From Thermoplasmata archaeon (GTDB taxonomy: Archaea > Thermoplasmatota > Thermoplasmata > Thermoplasmatales > GCA-001856825), in contig JAJYUZ010000002.1 of assembly GCA_021792255.1 (NCBI GenBank), positions 128,001 through 192,000 of the forward strand: DNA of 64,000 bases. The letters run 5' to 3'. The notes beneath the pieces are model-generated. The model was not told the origin of the DNA. It saw only the letters and a program-made list of their open reading frames with translations, and searched no databases. Position numbers and translations under genes: made by a program. Within the stretch, counting starts at the first letter, position 1, and the number at the start of each line of letters is the position of its first letter. Positions 1-9,594 of this stretch are shown here, piece after piece.

Positions 1-1
1 C

Positions 2-148
2 CTACCTCTAATGGTGGTAATCAGGATAGGTTCAAACGAGAAGATAATGGGTCGACACAAGATTGGAAAGCCTAGGACGATATTCCTTTACGCCTTCATG
101 GTACTAGCAGTCGGATTGGGTATATTCTCGATTCTGCAAGTAGTTTGA
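2..148 (+). CDS. Partial C-terminus of a membrane transporter, probably Nramp/MntH family
   Basis: Open frame from the window edge: LPLMVVIRIGSNEKIMGRHKIGKPRTIFLYAFMVLAVGLGIFSILQVV*. The 'S..KIMG' loop before a final TM helix is Nramp-like. Confidence 0.55.
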   Translation, partial: LPLMVVIRIGSNEKIMGRHKIGKPRTIFLYAFMVLAVGLGIFSILQVV

Positions 149-346
149 TGTTTGTAATGATTTTATTCTTAACATGTCATAAAAAATTTGCCTATCAAAA
201 GAAAAGGATAGTTGTGGAAAATGTTGCTGGGCTCAATAGATGTTCCAAATTTTGGGTTCCCGGTAAACTTCGTCGCACCTATCAATAAATTCCGTGGTTT
301 TGGATCATAAAGGAAATCTAGTTATTCTAATTCCCAATATTTCTTT

Positions 347-1681
347 ATGATTGTTTCCCCCCTTGATTACAGATATGGCAGGGAAGAAGTGAAGACGATT
401 TTTTCGGAGACGTCGAACTTGCAATATATGCTGGAAGTTGAAGCTGCCCTTGCTAAAGCCGAAGCAGAAGTCGGAATAGTGACCAAGGAGACAGCAGAGG
501 AAATACACAAGCACGCTAATCTTAAGTACGTAAAAATTGAAGAAGTCAAAAGGATCGAAGGGGAAATAGGACACAATGTTATGGCTATGGTCAAGGTGCT
601 CACGTCTGTATCAGGGGAAAGTGGTAAATTTGTCCATCTAGGTGCAACATCTAATGATATCACAGACACAGCTAACGCACTTCAATTTAAGAAATTCTAC
701 TCCTACTTGATAGATGATTTGATTAGGCTTTGCAAAGTACTATACGAAATTTCCAAGAACAACAAGTACACGGTTATGATCGGTAGGACTCATGGACAAC
801 ACGCGCTACCGATCACGTTTGGACTTAAGACTTCCGTCTATCTATCGGAGGTTATGCGCCACCTCGCAAGAGTAGAAGAATCCAGAAGTAGAGTAGTTGT
901 CGGAAAATTTATGGGTGCGGTCGGAACTGGTGCAGCCTTGGGAAAGCAAACTATGAAAATTCAATCAATCTTGATGAGAAATCTCGGGATCGCTGAAGAA
1001 GAAGGACCTACACAAATAGTCGACAGAGACCGGTACGTAGAATACGCTTCTGTGATCGCAAACATCGCAACATCTCTCGAAAAATTTGCGACCGAAGTGA
1101 GGAACCTGCAACGACCAGAACTAGGCGAAGTCCAGGAACCATTCAATGAGGCTAGACAGGTAGGATCAAGTACAATGGCACAAAAAGTCAACCCCGTTAC
1201 CTCTGAGAACATTGTTTCACTTGCAAGAATCGTAAGGGGATTCCTGATTCCTATGCACGAGTCAGCCGTACTATGGCACGAAAGGGATCTGACCAACAGT
1301 GCTTCTGAAAGGTTCATCATCCCTTACATTTCCATACTTATTGACGACATTCTTGGCAAAATGATTACTGTCTTCAAAGGGCTAAAAGTCAATTCAGAAG
1401 CGATGCTGAAGAATGTCCTAAATGATGATCTCATTCTGGGAGAGGCTTATTTAATGGCACTTGTTAACAATGGATATGGCCGGCAAGAAGCACACGAAAT
1501 TGTTAGGCAGGCATCAATGGATGTAAGGAAAAAGGGAGGAGAACTGAGGGATAAAATAGAGAAAAAGACCGGTAAAAAGATAAAGAAGTTGTCTCCTCTA
1601 GATTACACGGGGAATGCAGTTGAAATAACAGAAAAGATTCTTAAGGAATGTGAAGGAGTACTGAAGCGTCACAGAACCTAG
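347..1681 (+). CDS. purB: Adenylosuccinate lyase
   Basis: SPLDYRY N-terminus, HLGATSND, GRTHGQHA and the fumarase-family signature GSSTMAQKVNP. Confidence 0.95.
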   Translation: MIVSPLDYRYGREEVKTIFSETSNLQYMLEVEAALAKAEAEVGIVTKETAEEIHKHANLKYVKIEEVKRIEGEIGHNVMAMVKVLTSVSGESGKFVHLGATSNDITDTANALQFKKFYSYLIDDLIRLCKVLYEISKNNKYTVMIGRTHGQHALPITFGLKTSVYLSEVMRHLARVEESRSRVVVGKFMGAVGTGAALGKQTMKIQSILMRNLGIAEEEGPTQIVDRDRYVEYASVIANIATSLEKFATEVRNLQRPELGEVQEPFNEARQVGSSTMAQKVNPVTSENIVSLARIVRGFLIPMHESAVLWHERDLTNSASERFIIPYISILIDDILGKMITVFKGLKVNSEAMLKNVLNDDLILGEAYLMALVNNGYGRQEAHEIVRQASMDVRKKGGELRDKIEKKTGKKIKKLSPLDYTGNAVEITEKILKECEGVLKRHRT

Positions 1682-1763
1682 GTGTCATTTCTAAAGGATC
1701 GCATATCCTGACAACTTAAATATAGATATTTTAATCATTTGCGTACATCGAGGAAAAAGTGAT

Positions 1764-2522
1764 ATGAGTAATTGGGAACGTTTCAACACCAGGTCTGAAA
1801 ATTACGATCACTATCGACCAAGATATCCGAGCGAACTGCTAAATTTATTGAAGAAGGTAGCCGATCTGGGTCCCAGCTCAATTGTCGCAGACATTGGCTC
1901 TGGAACGGGATTGCTGGCTGAAACAATACTCGGGTCAGGATGTAAGCTGTTCTGCATTGAACCAAATGAAGAAATGAGGAATGTTGCACTCAGAAAGTTG
2001 GGCAAGAAATCCAACTGCTTAATTCTTGACGGAAGAGCTGAGAATACATCGCTACCAGGCAATTCCATAGAGATAATAACTGCGGGTCAAGCTTTTCACT
2101 GGTTCGAACCAAAGGAGACAAAGAGAGAATTTAAGAGGATCCTAAAGCAAGGCGGACGCGTGGTACTTGTCTGGAACACGCGTCGCAAATCTAGCGAAGG
2201 ATTTAACCCTGAATACGAAAGGGTCGTGAAGCAGTATAGCAGGGAATATCACTCCAGCGGATTCGAAGCCGTAGATCTGGAAGTGATGAAAGAGTTTTAT
2301 AACGGAAAATTCGATTCCTACAGGATCAAGAATTATCAGAGGCTAAACCTTTCTGGTCTATTTGGTAGGTACCTCTCGTCTTCATACGCATTAAGCGAAA
2401 CAGACCCGACCCTTGAGAGTCTGAAAAATGGTCTGACTGAGGCATTCAACAAGAATGAAATAGACGGCCACGTCAGAATTGAATATGAAACGGAAGTCTT
2501 CGTAGGACGAGTCGACAAGTGA
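1764..2522 (+). CDS. Class I SAM-dependent methyltransferase
   Basis: YDHYRPRYP, ADIGSGTG, IEPN and AGQAFHWF motifs. Confidence 0.9.
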   Translation: MSNWERFNTRSENYDHYRPRYPSELLNLLKKVADLGPSSIVADIGSGTGLLAETILGSGCKLFCIEPNEEMRNVALRKLGKKSNCLILDGRAENTSLPGNSIEIITAGQAFHWFEPKETKREFKRILKQGGRVVLVWNTRRKSSEGFNPEYERVVKQYSREYHSSGFEAVDLEVMKEFYNGKFDSYRIKNYQRLNLSGLFGRYLSSSYALSETDPTLESLKNGLTEAFNKNEIDGHVRIEYETEVFVGRVDK

Positions 2523-2568
2523 CCCTCCACTTAACTAAAGTTTTTATTAAATCAACGGTTGCTTACGA

Positions 2569-2781
2569 GTGGAGTCGTTTGGGAGATTCTGTTTTTATAA
2601 TTCGAAAGGAGATTGCAATTTTCTGAGGAACGTTTCCACAAAGTGTAACTTGTGTCCGAATTTTGTTTCGTTCAGAAAAGAGGCCTTGATGTTCTCGGAG
2701 GGCTCCAAGCTTCCAGTCACCTATTTTGACCTACCAATAAGTAGGGGCACAGGTGACCAGTTCCAGATGAGTCTAGTCTAA
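2569..2781 (+). CDS. Small Cys-rich hypothetical protein (70 aa)
   Basis: GTG start about 20-25 nt after a TATA-like TTTTTATTAAAT. Contains C-x7-C-x9-C-x2-C and fills the gap to the convergent gene. Confidence 0.45.
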   Translation: MESFGRFCFYNSKGDCNFLRNVSTKCNLCPNFVSFRKEALMFSEGSKLPVTYFDLPISRGTGDQFQMSLV

Positions 2782-4244
2782 ATTATTCTCGGTATGATGA
2801 ACTGCCAAAGTATCAGAAACAGTACTAGCAGACTCACTGCGGTCACAATGGCATCTCTCGCTTTCTTATTTTTCTGGAGGGAAGGAGTGTTGAGAAAAAC
2901 ATACCCGCCATCCAGTGGAACGATCGGGAGAAGGTTGGTCAACCCCAAAGCGAAATTAAGCCAGAAGAGCCAGTAGAATAGGTATTCAGCGTTGAGCGTT
3001 ATTGGATTGGAATAAATGGACGAGAGAAGGGCGGAAGGAAGAGGAAGCTCGAAATGGAAAGGCAAACCGATGTACTCGAAGAATCCCAGCGGACCACCTG
3101 AGGCAGGATTCTGTAAAAGACTCAGATACGAATACTGGTCGAATAGACCGAGTCCAAGCATTAAGACGTCAACTCCCATGAAAGGATAGTCCTTGGAAAT
3201 ACCGGGGTTGGATATTCCGGACGCTATCAGGTAAGAGTACCTGGAAGCAAATGTGATATTGTACAAGTTGAAGCTTGTCCCGTTGAAAGCCTCGACCGTA
3301 GCTGTCTGGCCAGCTTTATAACTTGCGATTGCACTTTCGAAGGCAGTGTAGTTATAAATCGTATGATTTCCCACAGAAATGATGACACTTCCTGGAGTAA
3401 TTCCAGCATCATACGCAGGATAATTCTTGATCACCGAGGAAATGTAAATTCCATACATAGTGCTTTCAGTTATGTGGTGACCATTTCGCAACAAAGATAC
3501 ATTCACATAATTTCCCGGAGTCAATGAGAGATCTGATAGCGCTGTGACGTTTGAAATGGATATGCCGTCGACTGATTGTATTACGTCACCCGGCTGGAAC
3601 GTTGAAGTCATTGAAGTCTGAACAGGTGCTCCTGCGACTGGGGAAAAGGAATATGCTACCAGAATTGAAAGAACAAGGAAAATCACGGTAAGGGTGATAT
3701 TCATTCCCGGTCCAGCAGCAAAAATCTTGCCCCTCACTCTTGGATCTGCCTTCTTTGATTCTTCTTCATCAGGTTCAACAAAGGCGCCTATCGGAATGAT
3801 AAGCCACAACAATCCGGTGCTCCTGACTGGAATCCCAAACCTACGGGCAGCTATTCCGTGGGATGCCTCGTGTAACGCAACGGCAACTATTAGTCCTACT
3901 ATTCCAAAACCTACTGGGATCGCAGGATTGATGCCCGGAAGTGCGAGCACGTAAGAAAGGGAAGGTGCTGAACTCTTCGGAATTGACAGTACAAGGAATG
4001 CCTCATATATTAGCAGGATGACTGTCGCTACTGCTAGGAATGGCATCGCATAGTAAAAGAATGAAATAAAATAATCCCAAAACTTGTATTTCGATACTCT
4101 CTCAATGGTCTTGACTCCTGCCTGAGTCTTGATCAAAAGGGCAGGTCCATATGGAGCTACGTACCCCTTGAGTTTGGTAATTGCCAGATAGAATACGCCT
4201 ATCCAGGCAACAATTAGGATAGATATAATCAGGAGCCAGTTCAC
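2778..4244 (-). CDS. Site-2 protease (M50) with PDZ domains
   Basis: HEASH, GAFVEP, AAGPGMN and NLLPIVPLDGG motifs, with two PDZ-like segments. Confidence 0.93.
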   Translation of the reverse strand: MNWLLIISILIVAWIGVFYLAITKLKGYVAPYGPALLIKTQAGVKTIERVSKYKFWDYFISFFYYAMPFLAVATVILLIYEAFLVLSIPKSSAPSLSYVLALPGINPAIPVGFGIVGLIVAVALHEASHGIAARRFGIPVRSTGLLWLIIPIGAFVEPDEEESKKADPRVRGKIFAAGPGMNITLTVIFLVLSILVAYSFSPVAGAPVQTSMTSTFQPGDVIQSVDGISISNVTALSDLSLTPGNYVNVSLLRNGHHITESTMYGIYISSVIKNYPAYDAGITPGSVIISVGNHTIYNYTAFESAIASYKAGQTATVEAFNGTSFNLYNITFASRYSYLIASGISNPGISKDYPFMGVDVLMLGLGLFDQYSYLSLLQNPASGGPLGFFEYIGLPFHFELPLPSALLSSIYSNPITLNAEYLFYWLFWLNFALGLTNLLPIVPLDGGYVFLNTPSLQKNKKARDAIVTAVSLLVLFLILWQFIIPRII

Positions 4245-4497
4245 AACTCGCCATCGGAACTACTCTAATAATCATTTCTTTGTAAGTGACTCTGGCACTC
4301 CATAACTCATTAAAGATATCCCTAAAGTCATCAAACAGACTCTGTCTGTTGCAAAGCAGAATCTCATCACATAAAGTCGGATGATGGAGTTTCGCATGCC
4401 TATTGCGGGTCGACTCTAGAGTCAAGACTAAACAAGAGTAATTCAATTATCTGTAGCGACTTCTATAAAGATAAATACCGTTCATCATTACGGAAGC

Positions 4498-4923
4498 ATG
4501 CAGGCAAAGGTAGAATGGGTAAAGGATTTGACATTCCTTGCTTCTGGCGATTCGAGTCGCTATACAATACTAGATCATTCAGAAAATAGGGAATTGCAGA
4601 AAGGAAGCTCACCTACAGAGCTGCTGCTGCAGGCGTTGTGTGGGTGCACTGCGATGGATGTTATTTCCATTTTGCAAAAGAAGAAAGAACCAGTCAAGGG
4701 GTTCGAAGTCAAGGCCGAAGGAACTAGGGCGACAGAACATCCGAAGGTATTCACAGACATTAATCTCGAGTACATTGCCTACGGGGACGTAAGGAAGGAG
4801 AGCCTGGAACGGGCCATCACTCTCAGTCAGGAGAAATATTGCAACATCTCTATCACCTTGAAACGAGCCGGCGTGAGGGTGAACATCTCGAGTAGAGTAG
4901 TAGAAGACCATAACTCACAGTAG
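4498..4923 (+). CDS. OsmC family protein (YhfA-like)
   Basis: SPTELLLQALCGCTAMDV and EKYC motifs. Confidence 0.9.
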   Translation: MQAKVEWVKDLTFLASGDSSRYTILDHSENRELQKGSSPTELLLQALCGCTAMDVISILQKKKEPVKGFEVKAEGTRATEHPKVFTDINLEYIAYGDVRKESLERAITLSQEKYCNISITLKRAGVRVNISSRVVEDHNSQ

Positions 4924-5268
4924 GACAGTAGTCAACGAGGTCGGGAAATCAGAAATATATTACAAAATATCTTCCTGAGATTTAGTAAGAAATTCTGTCC
5001 CTATAGTTTTCCAAGCTCATTCCTTTATCCTCAATTTCCAAGGATAATGATTTCAATCTTCAGATCGCTTCTCTTCGTTTAACCTCATCGCGGAACGCTA
5101 ACAGTATCAAGCCCATTAGGTCCTATTTTTCCACTCATTACAAAATACCAAAGCTATGCCATGGTTTAGTCATAGCACAACAAAATATGAGCACATTCTA
5201 GCCGTTCATGATGACGACAACGCTCGCTCAGAATTTCTAAGAAACGGCCGTTAAAAAGAGCTACCAAC

Positions 5269-5283
5269 ATATATATATAAAGC
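5269..5283 (+). promoter_or_regulatory. TATA box for the eIF5A-speB operon
   Basis: ATATATATATAAAG about 25-38 nt upstream of ATG 5308, consistent with a leaderless or short-leader transcript. Confidence 0.55.
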
Positions 5284-5307
5284 ACAATCTTTAACCTGAG
5301 ATAATAA

Positions 5308-5694
5308 ATGACTTGGCAGGATCAAGAGGTCAGAGAACTAAAGGAAAACAAATACATATTGATAGACGAAGAACCATGCAAGATCGTTGAAATTACTACT
5401 TCAAAACCAGGAAAGCACGGTGAGGCTAAGGCGAGAATCGTAGCCATTGGAATTTTTGATGGACAGAAGAGGAGCGTCGTTTATCCTACCAAACACAAGG
5501 TCAAGGTTCCCATAATCGAAAAGAAGGCAGCCCAAATCTTAAGCATCTCTCAGAGCGAAGGACTCTTCATGGATATGGAGACGTTTGAGCAGTTCAACAT
5601 ATCGATACCCGATGAGTTTAAAGACAGAGCGAAGAGTGGAGTGGAAGTCGAATACTGGGAATCGATGGGAAAGAGAAAATTGATGCGAGTCTAA
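5308..5694 (+). CDS. eif5a: Translation factor aIF-5A
   Basis: Hypusination motif [11 protein letters not shown]. Confidence 0.97.
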   Translation: MTWQDQEVRELKENKYILIDEEPCKIVEITTSKPGKHGEAKARIVAIGIFDGQKRSVVYPTKHKVKVPIIEKKAAQILSISQSEGLFMDMETFEQFNISIPDEFKDRAKSGVEVEYWESMGKRKLMRV

Positions 5695-6534
5695 ATGCCT
5701 TCTCCCCTCAAATTCTGCGATTCCTCTGACAGTTATGAAGATTCAAAGTACATAATTTTTGGCGTCCCTTTTGATTCTACGGTCTCGTTTAGATCTGGGG
5801 AAAAGTTCGCACCTAATGAAATAAGAAAGGCATCCTACAATATGGAAAGTTATTCTCTGTACAGAGGGATCGATCTAAGGGATGCTGGTATTTTTGATAT
5901 GGGTGATATCGAGGAGTATCACGATTCAGAAGAGATGCTTGAGAACGTATATTCTGTCGTGGATAAGGTGTTATCAGATCATAAGTTCCCAATAATGATA
6001 GGTGGAGAGCACAGTATCACATATGGTGCTATGAAAAGAATCAAAAGCAAAGTCATATTTATTGACGCCCATACGGACTACAGAGACTCTTACCTAGGAA
6101 ACAAATTTTCTCACGCGTGTGTCGCCAGAAGAGTCAGCGAAATTGTGGGTAAGGAAAACATGGTTTCAATCGGGGTGCGTTCTGTCTCTAAAGAGGAGAT
6201 GGAGGCGGGTCCTCAGAAGTATTTCACTAGTTTCGAAGTCAGTGAGGGTAATGAGAAGTTGAAATCCTACTTGAAGAAATTCTGCGACTCTCCGGTATAT
6301 TTATCTATTGATTTTGACGGGTTCGATCCTGCATATGCTCCCGGCGTAGGAACCCCAGAGCCGTTCGGTCTGAATCCGGTAATAATGATAGACATTCTAA
6401 ATTCGATCGGGAACAATCTTGTGGGATTGGATATAAATGAAATATCTCCCACTTTTGACAACGGTAACACGAGCATGCTTGCTGCACGAATGATTCAAGA
6501 AGTCGTATCATATTTAGAAACGCAGAGCAGATGA
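5695..6534 (+). CDS. speB: Agmatinase
   Basis: GGEHSIT, DAHTD and SIDFDGFDP..APGVGTP motifs. Immediately downstream of eIF5A. Confidence 0.92.
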   Translation: MPSPLKFCDSSDSYEDSKYIIFGVPFDSTVSFRSGEKFAPNEIRKASYNMESYSLYRGIDLRDAGIFDMGDIEEYHDSEEMLENVYSVVDKVLSDHKFPIMIGGEHSITYGAMKRIKSKVIFIDAHTDYRDSYLGNKFSHACVARRVSEIVGKENMVSIGVRSVSKEEMEAGPQKYFTSFEVSEGNEKLKSYLKKFCDSPVYLSIDFDGFDPAYAPGVGTPEPFGLNPVIMIDILNSIGNNLVGLDINEISPTFDNGNTSMLAARMIQEVVSYLETQSR

Positions 6535-7130
6535 GCGACAACAAGGTCTATAAAGAAGGATATAGGGATGGAATAAAATTCGCACTTTTAGCAGCAAGGA
6601 CGTACGGTGTCAGCGATGAATTTATAAAGCGCATGGAGAGAGAATATTTCGGCGAAGATGATGAAACGGCGGTTAAACTGGTCTACGGAGAGACATATCT
6701 CATCTATGAAAAAAGAAATTTGAAAGGAATGGAAATCATTTCCGGCGTCGCTGCCCAAGGCTTTCCCGCTATAGTGATGAGCAGGGACACGAAGAGCTCC
6801 CTCAAATCGTTCAAGAATGTGAAACTTGCAGCCATTACTTACGACGAAGCGCTGGGTGGGTTTAATCCGACGCAGTTAAGCCAGATGCAGGAATACGTGA
6901 TAAGCAATTTGACGGAGAAAGGAGTCTTGTACATAGACTGTATAGATTATATTTTTTCAACTTCCACTTCGGTTCAAAATGTGATAAAGTTCCTTACGGT
7001 CCTTAAGGACAAAGTCCTTGACAAGACCGGGATTTTCATACTGTCTCTAAACAAGGATGCGATCGGCAAGGCTGAGCTATCGATGATAGAAAAAGAATTC
7101 AAGAATACAATAAAGATTAAGACTGACTAG
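6531..7130 (+). CDS. DUF835-like (degenerate RecA/KaiC-fold) protein
   Basis: YLIYE, 'NPTQL', 'VLYIDCIDYI' and 'KFLTVLKD..L' pattern. ATGA overlap with speB. Confidence 0.7.
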   Translation: MSDNKVYKEGYRDGIKFALLAARTYGVSDEFIKRMEREYFGEDDETAVKLVYGETYLIYEKRNLKGMEIISGVAAQGFPAIVMSRDTKSSLKSFKNVKLAAITYDEALGGFNPTQLSQMQEYVISNLTEKGVLYIDCIDYIFSTSTSVQNVIKFLTVLKDKVLDKTGIFILSLNKDAIGKAELSMIEKEFKNTIKIKTD

Positions 7131-7632
7131 TCAGTGATATAGTATCAACTCTAGATGGGGTGGGAATCTTGTGGGATGCCTTTCTCAGCGCTTCCTTTGC
7201 CTTGTATTCTCCTGTCTTAGGAATTCTGACGATTAAGATTGTCGATCCTCTCTTTACTCTGGCAGCCGTACCAACAGGCCTTCCAAATGACATGCTCATT
7301 CCACTCGATATTCTGTCCGCTCCAGCTCCGGTAGCCATTTTATGCTCCCTTATGACGTGGTGAGGGAACGGTCTTACTCTCATAAAATAGCCATTTTCTC
7401 CAAAATCCTTCATTAATTGTCTGTTCGATGAAATTCTTGCAGCTTCGAGAGCCGTATGTCTAATCTGACAGGACTCTTCTGCTACGAGTCTCAGCTCTAT
7501 ATCGTAATTTCCATTGACGTTGCCAGCTACAAACTGCTGTATCCTAGATGCTGGTACTCCACCCATGTACGCCCTTTTTGTATAAGCGGGTCCTGTAATT
7601 TTCCTGTACATCCTTCCCGGCTTTCTTACCAT
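7117..7632 (-). CDS. rpl10e: 50S ribosomal protein L10e (uL16)
   Basis: RKPGRMYR, ALEAARI and REHKMATGAGADRISSGM. Confidence 0.97.
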   Translation of the reverse strand: MVRKPGRMYRKITGPAYTKRAYMGGVPASRIQQFVAGNVNGNYDIELRLVAEESCQIRHTALEAARISSNRQLMKDFGENGYFMRVRPFPHHVIREHKMATGAGADRISSGMSMSFGRPVGTAARVKRGSTILIVRIPKTGEYKAKEALRKASHKIPTPSRVDTISLTSQS

Positions 7633-7729
7633 TTATACTTCCCTTGAGGAAAATGATTTGAAATATAAAATCCTTCTCAGTTTAATCCGAGAAAGGTTAT
7701 TTATCTGTATACTATGATTACCGAAGGAA

Positions 7730-8683
7730 ATGGACGAAATCTGGATCGAGAAATATAGGCCTAAGAAGCTTGATCAGGTAGTTGGGCAAACAGTGGTCGT
7801 AGAGAGACTCAAGAGCTATGTTCAGCAGAAGAACATTCCGCACCTCCTCTTTTCAGGGCCTCCAGGTACGGGAAAGACAACCGCTGCTACCGTGTTGGCT
7901 AGGGAATTCTATGGAGAAGAATGGAAAGAAAATTTTCTGGAACTGAATGCATCGGACGACAGAGGGATAAAGATGGTAAGGGAAACGGTAAAAGGCTATT
8001 CCAGAATTCTTCCGACAAATCCTCTAGGGTTCAAAATTCTTTTTCTAGACGAAGCAGATTATATGACCGACGAAGCTCAGGCCGCTCTAAGAAGAACCAT
8101 GGAGAATTTCACCAGAACTACTCGTTTCATCATTTCGTGCAACTATTCTTCAAAGATTATTGAACCCATCCAGTCAAGGACTGCCATTTTCAGATTCAAA
8201 GCAATTCCAACGGAATCGATGGTGTCGGCCCTTTCCGAAATACTTAAAAAAGAAGGGGTTGAATATGAGAAAAAGTCTCTGGATGTAATCGCGGAGCTTG
8301 CGTACGGAGATATGAGAAAGGCGATAAACACCCTTCAAGTCGCAGCTACATACGCGCAAAAGATCACCGTTAATTCTATCTACGAAGCCGCCGGACTGGT
8401 CCATAAGGACTGGGCAGTTCAGGTCTTATCACTCGCACTTAAGGGAGAAATTTCAAAGGCAAAAGCAATGCTTGAAGATGCTGTTATCAAGCAAGGAATA
8501 TCGGGGCAAGATGTAGTCGAACAATTCCACCGAGTCGTCTATGATCTCCCGGTGGAAGAAGGGCTAAAAGCGGACATTCTCTATGTGCTGGGGGATATAG
8601 ACTTCAGGATATCGGAAGGTGCTAGAGAAATAATACAACTAGAGAGTTTTCTTGGATATTTGTACAGTAGGGGCATGAAATAA
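7730..8683 (+). CDS. rfcS: Replication factor C small subunit
   Basis: WIEKYRP, GPPGTGKT, LELNASD, DEAD and IQSR motifs. Confidence 0.96.
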   Translation: MDEIWIEKYRPKKLDQVVGQTVVVERLKSYVQQKNIPHLLFSGPPGTGKTTAATVLAREFYGEEWKENFLELNASDDRGIKMVRETVKGYSRILPTNPLGFKILFLDEADYMTDEAQAALRRTMENFTRTTRFIISCNYSSKIIEPIQSRTAIFRFKAIPTESMVSALSEILKKEGVEYEKKSLDVIAELAYGDMRKAINTLQVAATYAQKITVNSIYEAAGLVHKDWAVQVLSLALKGEISKAKAMLEDAVIKQGISGQDVVEQFHRVVYDLPVEEGLKADILYVLGDIDFRISEGAREIIQLESFLGYLYSRGMK

Positions 8684-8695
8684 GGAGTTGGTGTC

Positions 8696-9193
8696 ACGGC
8701 AAACGGAACGGTTTATGAAAGAGAATTGAAGCTCATTCTCGAGGGAAATGAGGAGAAGCTAGGAAAGGTTGGTTGGATGGCAGAGGATATCAAGAGTAGA
8801 ATAAAATCAAAGCCATTTCTAGTTGTAAGAGCTGCTGGAAGCCATGGATTTGACTTAATAATCATTAGAAATGATCTAAGTATCCCTATTGAGATTAAGA
8901 GTTCCAAAGAGAGAACACTGAATTTCTCTTCTTCATCTAACAGGTCACAGGAGCAGGCGAAAGAGTATGAGAGGATGATTTCCAAGACAGGGGTAATGCC
9001 ATTGTATGCTTATAGGCTCAAGAATGTTAATGGTGACCCTTGGAGAATTTTTACTTTTGATTTCCAATACGAAGGTAGATACCGAATGTTTGCAAAGAAT
9101 GTTCCAAAATTGGAAGTGACAAGAGGGGGGGCATATTTGATGAAATGGGAAAATGGCCTAAAGCTGACCTCTCTTCTAGATTATCTGTTCTGA
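8696..9193 (+). CDS. hjc: Holliday junction resolvase Hjc (apparent ACG start; first canonical start is TTG at 8726)
   Basis: G..YEREL..IL, GSHGFDLI and IEIKS form the PD-(D/E)xK set. The EREL motif begins upstream of the TTG. Confidence 0.8.
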   Translation, partial: TANGTVYERELKLILEGNEEKLGKVGWMAEDIKSRIKSKPFLVVRAAGSHGFDLIIIRNDLSIPIEIKSSKERTLNFSSSSNRSQEQAKEYERMISKTGVMPLYAYRLKNVNGDPWRIFTFDFQYEGRYRMFAKNVPKLEVTRGGAYLMKWENGLKLTSLLDYLF

Positions 9194-9204
9194 TTCCAGC
9201 TTGC

Positions 9205-9594
9205 CTAGACAGTCGCTACCAGCATCTTTTCCTTCTGGATTCCCCGTGGAAAATCTATTCCCCTTTCTATTCTTTTGTATTCAATGCTGGAGGGAGTCAG
9301 TTTTCCAAGAATGTATTCGAGAGCAGACTCAGCATTTTCTGTTGGACCACATGTAAAGATATCTAGTGCTACGAGACCGTGCTCAGGCCACGTATGAAAG
9401 CTGAGATGAGACTCCGCAAGAAGTATGATTCCGCTAACCCCACTTGGCGAAAACTGGTGATAATAGGACCTAATCTTTGTGAGCTTTCCGTACTTCACGG
9501 CAGATTCCATGACATCTTCCATAGCATCTACTTTCGAAATCTTCTCTGGCTCAACTCCCTTAAGATCCCCAACAAGATGAATTCCTATAGACAC
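9205..9594 (-). CDS. speD: Pyruvoyl-dependent S-adenosylmethionine decarboxylase proenzyme (class 1b)
   Basis: GVSGIILLAE/SHLSFHTWPE self-cleavage site and DIFTCG. Confidence 0.9.
   Translation of the reverse strand: MSIGIHLVGDLKGVEPEKISKVDAMEDVMESAVKYGKLTKIRSYYHQFSPSGVSGIILLAESHLSFHTWPEHGLVALDIFTCGPTENAESALEYILGKLTPSSIEYKRIERGIDFPRGIQKEKMLVATV

Noticed and set aside
4378-4468. Fluoride-riboswitch-like words (GATGGAGTT...GACTTCTA)
   Set aside because: The P1 stem does not pair, the spacing is long, and osmC has a TATA-like element just upstream of its ATG, so this region is unlikely to be in its leader.
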